DNA from: an uncultured Oscillospiraceae bacterium
Lineage (GTDB): Bacteria > Bacillota > Clostridia > Oscillospirales > Oscillospiraceae
Length of the DNA stretch: 64,000 nucleotides
Reading direction: 5' to 3'
Assembly: GCA_905233385.1 (NCBI GenBank)
Contig: CAJOEH010000022.1
Location: forward strand, 846-64,845
Part shown: one piece after another, positions 8,987 through 16,485 of the stretch
Layout of the letters: each line of letters starts with the position of its first letter
How positions within the stretch are numbered: the stretch's first letter is position 1
Program-made: the position numbers and the translations under genes
Notes under the pieces: model-generated
Told to the model about the DNA's origin: nothing
The model's input: the letters and a program-made list of their open reading frames with translations, nothing else
Databases searched by the model: none

Positions 8987-9478
8987 TCAATACTTTGCCA
9001 GAATATCGGGCAGCATATCCGGCGTCAGTCTGCCGTAGACGTCGTCGTTGATCATCATGACCGGCGCGAGGCCGCAGGCACCGACGCAGCGGCAGGCCTC
9101 CAGCGAGAACTTGCCGTCGGGCGTGCACTCGCCTTCTTCAATGCCCAAAAGCTCCACGAGCTTGTCGTAGATCCCCTGCGCGCCCTTGACGTAGCAGGCG
9201 GTGCCGAGGCAGACCGAGATGCGGTACTTGCCCTTCGGCGACAGCGTGAACTGCGCGTAGAAGGTGGCGATGCCGTAGATCTTCTCCAGCGGCACGTTCA
9301 TGCCCTCGGAGATCATGGTCTGCACCTCGATGGGCAGATAGCCGTAGATTTCCTGTGCCTTCTGCATGATGGGCATGAGCGCACCGGGCTGATCCTTCAG
9401 CTCGGCGATCACGGCCATCAGCTTCTGTTCCTGTTCCTTCGTTCCCTGGAACGGAACCGTCGTTTTCATAGAAGCCAT
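8987..9478 (-). CDS. hydC: NuoE-like [2Fe-2S] subunit (HydC/HndA)
   Basis: VCLGTAC and CRCVGACGLAP motifs; GGAGG RBS supports a start at 9478 rather than 9682. Confidence 0.92.
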   Translation of the reverse strand: MASMKTTVPFQGTKEQEQKLMAVIAELKDQPGALMPIMQKAQEIYGYLPIEVQTMISEGMNVPLEKIYGIATFYAQFTLSPKGKYRISVCLGTACYVKGAQGIYDKLVELLGIEEGECTPDGKFSLEACRCVGACGLAPVMMINDDVYGRLTPDMLPDILAKY

Positions 9479-9533
9479 AAGGTTTTGATTCCCTCCTATA
9501 GTATTTGAGTGGAGTATCCAAACTACAGATGAC

Positions 9534-9562
9534 ATTATAACAGATATTCCGCCGGATGTAAA
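9534..9562 (-). promoter_or_regulatory. sigmaA promoter of the hydrogenase operon
   Basis: TTTACA-N17-TATAAT with TGn extension on the minus strand. Confidence 0.7.
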
Positions 9563-9629
9563 GAAAAAAGTCATGGAAGCGGCGCCGCGGAAAGCGAATC
9601 GGATCGAAGAAAAAAAGCGGCGATCCGTC

Positions 9630-9681
9630 TTGACAAAGACGGCCGCCGGTGTTACAATGAGCGCGGTGATAAATTGTATCA
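9630..9681 (+). promoter_or_regulatory. sigmaA promoter of crp-ABC operon plus downstream palindrome
   Basis: TTGACA(9630)-N17-TACAAT; TGATA-N5-TATCA at 9667-9681. Confidence 0.65.
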
Positions 9682-9705
9682 TTTGAGACAGTTTTTGGAG
9701 GAAGC

Positions 9706-10339
9706 ATGGAAGTTTTGTCGTGTATCGCGGAATCGTTCCTCTTTCGGAACGTCTCTCCCACCGTGCTGAAAATCGCCGCGGAGCGCTGCGTCGAGCGGCG
9801 GTTCGCCAAAGGCGAGGAGATCGCCTGCCTCGGCGAGTTTCTCTGCCTGATCCGCTCCGGCAGCGTGCTGGTCAGCGGCGCCGGAAAGGACAGCGCCCTC
9901 GTGCTGAACATATTGCAGGCAGGAGAATGCTTCGGCGTCGCTTCCCTGTTCGGCAGCCGCGTCGGCGTCACCGCCGTCACCGCCTGCGAAAAGAGCAGAC
10001 TGCTCCTGTTTTCGCAGAAGACGGTGGAGGAGCTGATGCAGGCGGATTTCACCTTCGCGCGGAATTACATCAGCTTCCTCACGGACCGGATCGGCTTCCT
10101 CAACCGCAAGATCGCCGCCTTTACCGCCGGCACCGCGGAGAAGAAGCTCGCGGGATATATCCTCTCGCTCCCCGCGGAAAACGGCGAGATCAAACTGCCG
10201 GTCAGCATGGTGCGGCTCGCCGCCCTGCTCGATCTTCGCCTTCCTGGAGGAAAACGGCCAGCTCACCCGAAACGGTAAAATCGTCCGCCTGACTTCGGCG
10301 GAAGAATTTCAGAAAATCTACGGAGGTACCACGCAATGA
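9706..10339 (+). pseudogene. Crp/Fnr-family regulator with a frameshifting deletion in the HTH
   Basis: cNMP-binding domain intact; near 10235 the frame jumps from ...LAALLDL to FAFLEENGQLTRNGKIVRL...GGTTQ*; the usual GRASLYRA-type recognition helix is missing; the shifted-frame stop overlaps the next ATG. Confidence 0.75.
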
Positions 10340-11298
10340 AAAAACTGATTTCTGTCCTTTTGACGATCGTTCTGATCGCAGCCTGCTTCGCGGGCTGCGC
10401 GCAGGAAAAGAAGCCCGACGCCGTCCGCGTCGCCACCCTGATGGGCCCGACCGGCATGGGCATGGCGAAGCTGATGGACGACGCGGCCAACGGCAAGACC
10501 GAGGGCGGCTATGAATTCACCGTCGCCTCCTCGCCCGATCAGGTCGCTTCCGACGTGATCAGCGGCAGCGTGGACATCGCCGCCGTGCCGGTTAACCTCG
10601 CATCCGTGCTATGGAACAAGACCGCGGGCAGCGTGCAGGTCGCGGCGGTCAACACCCTCGGCGTGCTCTATATCCTTGAGAACGGCGACACCATTCACAG
10701 CATCGCCGATCTGGCGGGCAAGACCCTCTATGCCACCGGCCAGGGCGCGACGCCGGAATACGTGCTGAACTACCTGCTCGCCGCGAACGGTCTCGATCCC
10801 GAAACCGATCTGACGATCGAATACCTCGCCGAGCATACGGAGCTTGCGACGAAGATGTCCGCCGGCGACGTCGTCCTCGGCATGCTGCCGGAGCCGAACG
10901 TCACCGCCGTTCTGTCCGGCAATCCCGACGTGCGCATCGCGCTCGACCTGACGGAGGAATGGGACAAGGTCTCCGACAGCGCGCTGATCCAGGGGTGCAT
11001 CATCGTCAACAAGCAGTTCGCGGAGGAGTATCCGGGCGCGGTCGAGACCTTCCTGGAGGAGTATCGCGCCTCGGTCGATTTCGTCAATGAAAATCCCGAG
11101 GACGCCTCCGTGCTGATCGAGGCCGCCGGCATCGTGCCGAAGGCCGCCGTCGCGCGCAAGGCGCTGCCGAACTGCAACATCTGCCTGATCACGGGCGACG
11201 AGATGAAGACCGCCGTCCGTCAAATGCTCGACGTGCTCTACAGCGCCGACCCGAAGTCCGTGGGAGGTGCGCTGCCGGATGAAGACTTCTACCGTTAA
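10336..11298 (+). CDS. NitT/TauT-family ABC transporter substrate-binding lipoprotein
   Basis: Lipobox FAGC; GPTGMG, GQGATPEY and LPEP motifs. Confidence 0.9.
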   Translation: MKKLISVLLTIVLIAACFAGCAQEKKPDAVRVATLMGPTGMGMAKLMDDAANGKTEGGYEFTVASSPDQVASDVISGSVDIAAVPVNLASVLWNKTAGSVQVAAVNTLGVLYILENGDTIHSIADLAGKTLYATGQGATPEYVLNYLLAANGLDPETDLTIEYLAEHTELATKMSAGDVVLGMLPEPNVTAVLSGNPDVRIALDLTEEWDKVSDSALIQGCIIVNKQFAEEYPGAVETFLEEYRASVDFVNENPEDASVLIEAAGIVPKAAVARKALPNCNICLITGDEMKTAVRQMLDVLYSADPKSVGGALPDEDFYR

Positions 11299-12040
11299 GA
11301 AGCTTCTCCGCTTCGTTCTGTTTCCTCTGCTGTGGATCGGCGTCTGGTGGATTGTCGCGCTCTGCGTGGATCGCGAGGTGCTCGTCCCGACGCCGGCGCG
11401 CGTCGCCGTGCGGCTGTGGGAGCTGGCGCGGACCGCCGGCTTCTGGGAGACCGTCGCGTTCAGCATCCTGCGCGTCACGGCGGGCTTTCTCGCGGGCGTC
11501 CTGCTCGGCACGCTGACCGGCATTCTGACGGCCAAACTGCCCGTCTCCGAAGGACTGTTTTTCCCGCTGCTGACTGTGATCCGCGCGACGCCGGTCGCTT
11601 CGTTCATCATCCTCGCTCTTGTGTGGATGGGACGGGACGCGATCCCCGTGTTTATCTCCTTTCTGATGGTCTTCCCGATCATGCAGAGCCACGTCCACAC
11701 GGGCGTCCGCGCGGTCTCGCCGGAGCTTTTGGAGATGGCGCGCGTATACCGCGTCCCGCCGATGCGAACGGTGAAGGCACTGTACGTGCCTGCCGTCCTG
11801 CCGAGTTTCTCGGCGGGCTGCCGCACCTGTCTCGGGCTTGCCTGGAAGGCGGGCGTCGCCGCGGAAGTCATCAGCCGGCCGGCGCGCTCCATCGGCAACG
11901 AGCTCCAGGACGCCAAGATCTATCTGGAGACCGTCGACGTGTTCGCGTGGACGGTGACGGTCATCGTGCTCAGCCTGCTGATCGAAAAGCTCCTGAGCTC
12001 CCTCCTGCTGCGGCTGACGAAAGGCGGTGAACGGGCATGA
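11279..12040 (+). CDS. NitT/TauT-family ABC permease
   Basis: TM helices; IRATPVASFI and GLAWKAGVAAEV motifs; start ATG 11279 after GGGAGG. Confidence 0.9.
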   Translation: MKTSTVKKLLRFVLFPLLWIGVWWIVALCVDREVLVPTPARVAVRLWELARTAGFWETVAFSILRVTAGFLAGVLLGTLTGILTAKLPVSEGLFFPLLTVIRATPVASFIILALVWMGRDAIPVFISFLMVFPIMQSHVHTGVRAVSPELLEMARVYRVPPMRTVKALYVPAVLPSFSAGCRTCLGLAWKAGVAAEVISRPARSIGNELQDAKIYLETVDVFAWTVTVIVLSLLIEKLLSSLLLRLTKGGERA

Positions 12041-12600
12041 TCGCGCTTTCCCACGTATCCAAGCACTTCGGAGAGAAGGAAGTCCTGCGCGATTTCTCGC
12101 TGACCCTCGGCGAGCGCGGGATCACCGCCGTCGTCGGCAAAAACGGCAGCGGCAAGACCACGCTGCTCCGCATCCTCGCGGGGCTGGAAAAGAAATATTC
12201 CGGCGAGGTCGTCACCGGAAACCGCATCGCATATGTGTTTCAGGATTACCGTCTGGTCCCGACGCTGACCGCGCTGGAGAACGTCGCCCTCGTGCTGGGC
12301 AAGGATCGGCGCGGCGAAGCGGTCGGGTATCTGCGCGCCGTCGGTCTGGAGGCTGAGGCGGGCAGTCTGCCCGGCAGCCTGTCGGGCGGTATGCAGCAGC
12401 GGCTCGCGCTGGCGCGCGCCTTCGCCTTTGACGGCGATCTGCTCCTGCTGGACGAGCCCTTCGCCGCCCTCGACGACGAGTGGAAGCGGAAAATGATGGA
12501 CGCCGTGCAGGACGCCGCGCAGACGCGCCCTGTCGTCCTCGTCACCCACGACGCGCAGGAGCTTGCCTATCTGAATTGCAGCGTCGTACGTCTGGATTGA
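12037..12600 (+). CDS. ABC transporter ATP-binding protein
   Basis: Walker A GKNGSGKT, signature LSGGM and Walker B LLLLDEP. Confidence 0.92.
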   Translation: MIALSHVSKHFGEKEVLRDFSLTLGERGITAVVGKNGSGKTTLLRILAGLEKKYSGEVVTGNRIAYVFQDYRLVPTLTALENVALVLGKDRRGEAVGYLRAVGLEAEAGSLPGSLSGGMQQRLALARAFAFDGDLLLLDEPFAALDDEWKRKMMDAVQDAAQTRPVVLVTHDAQELAYLNCSVVRLD

Positions 12601-12609
12601 TACAAAGAC

Positions 12610-12636
12610 ACCCGCGGAAACACGATTTCCGCGGGT
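12610..12636. terminator. Bidirectional terminator
   Basis: ACCCGCGGAAA-cacga-TTTCCGCGGGT between convergent genes. Confidence 0.7.
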
Positions 12637-12686
12637 GATTCTTTTGCGTCAGTTATTTCCCGAGCTGCCAGCGACCGCGCTCGCGG

Positions 12687-12900
12687 TCCGAAGCCTTCTC
12701 CTCGAGGAGAAGGTGGCGGCACAGCCGCCGGATGAGGTGGTCGCCGCCTTTGGCGGCGCTTCTGATTCGGTAGCTGCTTCACTTCGGTGCCTGCAAACAC
12801 CTCATCAGTCATCGCCGGCTGACGCCGGCGCTGCCAGCTTCCCCTCAAGGGGAAGCCTTTTCCCGCGCGGACGCTGCGCTGCCCTCGAGGGGACGGCTTC
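12687..12900. repeat. Composite REP-like palindromic element
   Basis: CCTTCTCCTCGAGGAGAAGG, CGGATGAGGTG..CACCTCATC and CTTCCCCTCAAGGGGAAG hairpins. Confidence 0.6.
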
Positions 12901-12901
12901 C

Positions 12902-13729
12902 CTACTGCCTGCCGAGCTGCCAGAACGCGACCGCGCTCGCGGCGGCGACGTTCAGCGAGTCCACGCCGTGCGACATGGGGATGCGGACGGTGAAATCGCA
13001 GTCCGCGATCGTGCGGTCCGCCAGTCCGTCGCCCTCTGTGCCGAGCACGACGGCGAGCTTGTCCTGCGCCGCGAGGATCGGATCGTCCACGTTGTACGAG
13101 TCGTCGCGCAGCGCCATCGCCACGGTTTTGAATTCCATCGCGCGAAGCTCCTCCATACCGCGCTCCGGCCAGTCGCCGATCTCCTGTCCGATCGTCGCCC
13201 ACGGGATCTGAAAGACCGTGCCCATGCTGACGCGCACCGAGCGGCGGTATAAAGGATCGCAGCAGGCGGGCGTCAGGAGCACCGCGTCCATATTGAGCGC
13301 GGCGGCGGAGCGGAAGATCGCGCCGAGGTTGGTCGGATTCATGATATCCTCCAGCACGGCGATCCGGCGCGCGTTTTCGCAGACCTTCCGCGCCGTCGGG
13401 ACGGGTCTGCGGCGCATGGCGCAGAGCACGCCGCGTGTGAGCTGAAAGCCCGTGAGCCGGGTCAGCACGTCGAGATCGGAGGTATAGACCGGAATATCGC
13501 CGCAGCGTTCGACGATCCCCTTCGCCTGTCCGTCCACGTGCTTCCGCTCCATCAGCAGAGAGACCGGCTCGAAGCCCGCGTCCAGCGCGCGGTCGATCAC
13601 CTTCGGGCTCTCGGCGATGAACAGGCCCTTTTCCGGCTCCGCGCGGTTCTTGAGCTGTCCCTCCGTCAGGCGGGCGTAGACGTCCAGCTCCGGCGCGGAA
13701 AAGTCCGTGATTTCGATGATACTCGCCAT
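12902..13729 (-). CDS. TrmH/SpoU-family RNA 2'-O-methyltransferase
   Basis: LEDIMNPTNLGAIFRSA, LGTEGDG and IPMSHGVDSLNVAAA SPOUT motifs. Confidence 0.93.
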   Translation of the reverse strand: MASIIEITDFSAPELDVYARLTEGQLKNRAEPEKGLFIAESPKVIDRALDAGFEPVSLLMERKHVDGQAKGIVERCGDIPVYTSDLDVLTRLTGFQLTRGVLCAMRRRPVPTARKVCENARRIAVLEDIMNPTNLGAIFRSAAALNMDAVLLTPACCDPLYRRSVRVSMGTVFQIPWATIGQEIGDWPERGMEELRAMEFKTVAMALRDDSYNVDDPILAAQDKLAVVLGTEGDGLADRTIADCDFTVRIPMSHGVDSLNVAAASAVAFWQLGRQ

Positions 13730-13997
13730 AGCGTCTCCTCGCTTTGAAAAACTGCTCCTATCTTATCACGTTCCGCCGCGCGGCGCAAGCATTTTCCGAC
13801 CCGCGTCGATTTCTTCGGTTTTTTCGGAAAAGCCGGAAAATATCGCCGAAAATCACCCGAAAAAATTACACTCTACTCTCGGTAGAGTGGCTGTCTACGG
13901 ATAATCCAGTGAAATTTTCCCGCCTGCGATTGACGAAAGGGCGGTCATATGGTAGAGTTGTTCCATAAAAGCAGTATGCTGAAAAGGAGCCAAAACC

Positions 13998-14870
13998 ATG
14001 AATCATCCTTACATTCTTTCTACCGATTCCGGCTGTGACCTGACGCTGGCGGCCAGCCAGAAGCTCGACGTCCAAGTGCTGCGGATGCGGTACGAGATCG
14101 ACGGAAAGAGCTACACCGAGACGATGCACGAGGAAGACCTCGCGGTATTCTACGAAAAGATGGCGCAGGGCGCGCAGGTGCACACGACCGCGATCAATAT
14201 TGAAGACTATCTCACCTTCTGGACGCCGCTGCTCGGCAAGCCGATCGTCCATATCGCGATGGGAAGCGGCATTTCCTCCTCCTATCAGAACGCCGTGAGC
14301 GCGCGCGAGATCCTGCTCGAATCCCATCCAGACGCGGAAGTTTACGTCGTGGATTCCCTCGGCGCCTGCATGTCCTACGGCCTTCTGGTCATCGAGGCGG
14401 CGCGTCTGCGCGAAAGCGGCGTCTCCCCTGCCGGCTGCGTCGAAGCCATCAACGCCAAGCGCCTGAGCTGCAACGCGCTCTACACGACCGGCGATCTGGA
14501 ATATCTCCACAGAGGCGGCCGCGTCAGCCGCGCCGGCGCGTTCTTCTCCAAGACCCTCAACATCTGGCCCGTTCTCAATCTGAACGACAAGGGCGAGCTG
14601 CGCGCCATCGACAAGTGCCGCGGCAGAGCCAAGGCCTTCCGCCGCGTCGCCGAGATGGTCCGCGATCTTGCGATCGCGCCGGAGGAGCAGACCCTGTACG
14701 TCTGCCACAGCAACGCGCCCGAAGCTGCGGAAGCTTATCGGGACGCGATCCTGGAGCTGAGTCCCTTCCGCGACGTGTCCATCTCGCAGATCGGCACGAC
14801 CATCGGCGCGCACACCGGTCCCGGTCTGGTCACCACCTTCTTCTTCGGCAAGGACCGCCAGCCCGGTTAA
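13998..14870 (+). CDS. DegV-family fatty-acid-binding protein
   Basis: STDSGCDL, SGISSSYQ, LHRGGR and IGAHTGPG motifs. Confidence 0.93.
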   Translation: MNHPYILSTDSGCDLTLAASQKLDVQVLRMRYEIDGKSYTETMHEEDLAVFYEKMAQGAQVHTTAINIEDYLTFWTPLLGKPIVHIAMGSGISSSYQNAVSAREILLESHPDAEVYVVDSLGACMSYGLLVIEAARLRESGVSPAGCVEAINAKRLSCNALYTTGDLEYLHRGGRVSRAGAFFSKTLNIWPVLNLNDKGELRAIDKCRGRAKAFRRVAEMVRDLAIAPEEQTLYVCHSNAPEAAEAYRDAILELSPFRDVSISQIGTTIGAHTGPGLVTTFFFGKDRQPG

Positions 14871-14895
14871 GACGGCTGAAATACCGAAACCGAAT

Positions 14896-14930
14896 ACCCG
14901 GGCAGTCTTCGGACTGCCCGGGTTTACTTT
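14896..14930 (+). terminator. Rho-independent terminator
   Basis: ACCCGGGCAGTC-ttcg-GACTGCCCGGGT followed by a T-tract. Confidence 0.8.
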
Positions 14931-14983
14931 TTTGTTTCGATGCGCTATAATAGGCGCATGAAACGAGAGAAGGAAGTTTTTCC

Positions 14984-16366
14984 ATGCGCACCGTCAGTAA
15001 AAGAGAACTGTTTGAATCCGTACCCGTCTCGAAGGCGATCGCCGCGATGGCGATCCCGACGATCGTCAGTCAGCTCATTAACCTGATCTACAACACGGTC
15101 GACGCGATCTTCATCGGACGGACGGGCGACCCCGCCAAGACCGCCGCCGTCACGGTCGCCTTCACGCTCTTCATGATGACCGTCGCCTTTTCCAACCTGT
15201 TTGGCATCGGCGGCGGCAGTCTGATTGCGCGGCTGATCGGCGCGAAGCGCGAGGAGGACGCGAAAAAGGTCAGCGCGTTCAGCTTCTTCTGCGCCATCGG
15301 GATCGCCCTGCTGTATTCCCTCGTGATCGGCGTGTTCCTCGACCCGATCCTGCGCCTGTTCGGCGCGTCGGACGCGACGATCGGCTATGCGCGGCAGTAC
15401 GTTCTGGTCGTCGTCGTTGCGGGCAATCTGCCGGTCATCCTGTCGCAGACCGTCGCGCATCTGCTGCGCAACGCAGGTTTCTCCCGGCAGGCGAGCATCG
15501 GTCTGAGCGGCGGCGGGATCCTGAACATTCTGCTCGACCCGCTGTTCATGTTCGTCCTCCTGCCCGAGGGCATGGAAGTCCTCGGCGCGGCGGTCGCCAC
15601 TCTGCTTTCCAACCTTATCGCCTGCGTGTATCTGGTGCTGACGCTGCGCAGGGTCAGCAAAACCGCGCCGCTCAGCTTCCGCTTCCGCGACGCGAAGGCG
15701 ATCAAAAAGCCGGAGGTCAAGTCGCTGTTCGCCGTCGGCGTTCCCTCCGCCGCGCTGACCGCGCTGTTCGACATCGCCAATATCTTTCTCAATTCGCTGA
15801 TGTCCGCCCACGGCGACCTCGAGCTCGCCGCGATCGGCATCGTCATGCGCGCCGAACGCCTGCCGAACGCGATCAACATCGGCCTGTGTCAGGGCATGCT
15901 GCCGATCGTCGCCTACAACTATTCCTCCGGCAACCGCGAGCGCATGAACAAAGTCATCCGCTCCGTCCGGCTCTACGGGCTGGCGATCTCCGCGGCCTGC
16001 ATCATCCTGTTCGAGATCTTTGCCGCGCAGGTCGTTCGGCTCTTCCTGAGCACCTCCGCCGGCAGGGTTGATGATTCGGTGAAAACGATCGGCTTTGCTG
16101 CGCTGTTTTTGCAGATCCGCTGCCTTGCGTCGATCTCCCAGTTCCTGAACTACCACACCTCGTTCTGTATGCAGGCGGTGGGCAACGGGCGCGACACGCT
16201 CGTCCACGCCTTCTGCCGCGAGTTGGTGTTCTACATCCCGTTCATGTATCTGCTCAACGCTTTGTTCGGCACGGTCGGCCTCGTCTGCGCCCTGATCGCC
16301 GGCGAGACCTGCGGCGCGATCCTCGCGCTGATCCTCTTCATCCGCTGGAAACGGAGACTAAGCTGA
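14984..16366 (+). CDS. MATE-family efflux transporter
   Basis: LIYNTVDAIFIG and ILNILLDPLF motifs; 12 TM helices. Confidence 0.92.
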   Translation: MRTVSKRELFESVPVSKAIAAMAIPTIVSQLINLIYNTVDAIFIGRTGDPAKTAAVTVAFTLFMMTVAFSNLFGIGGGSLIARLIGAKREEDAKKVSAFSFFCAIGIALLYSLVIGVFLDPILRLFGASDATIGYARQYVLVVVVAGNLPVILSQTVAHLLRNAGFSRQASIGLSGGGILNILLDPLFMFVLLPEGMEVLGAAVATLLSNLIACVYLVLTLRRVSKTAPLSFRFRDAKAIKKPEVKSLFAVGVPSAALTALFDIANIFLNSLMSAHGDLELAAIGIVMRAERLPNAINIGLCQGMLPIVAYNYSSGNRERMNKVIRSVRLYGLAISAACIILFEIFAAQVVRLFLSTSAGRVDDSVKTIGFAALFLQIRCLASISQFLNYHTSFCMQAVGNGRDTLVHAFCRELVFYIPFMYLLNALFGTVGLVCALIAGETCGAILALILFIRWKRRLS

Positions 16367-16400
16367 GGAGAGTCGAACTCAAGCCGTCTCTCCTCAGCTT
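16360..16400. repeat. 41-bp palindromic repeat (second copy at 47874)
   Basis: AAGCTGAGGAGAG...CTCTCCTCAGCTT; the first 31 nt recur almost exactly at 47874. Confidence 0.75.
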
Positions 16401-16417
16401 ATCCAAAGCATAACCAT

Positions 16418-16452
16418 AGAACAGCCGCGGCACATTGTGCCGCGGCTGTTCT
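16418..16452. terminator. Bidirectional terminator
   Basis: AGAACAGCCGCGGCAC-att-GTGCCGCGGCTGTTCT. Confidence 0.75.
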
Positions 16453-16485
16453 GTCTATTTGTGTCATTGCGAATACACAAAGGAA

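Noticed and set aside
10225-10250. Programmed ribosomal frameshift in crp
   Set aside because: No slippery heptamer, and about 8 conserved codons are physically missing, so shifting could not restore the protein.
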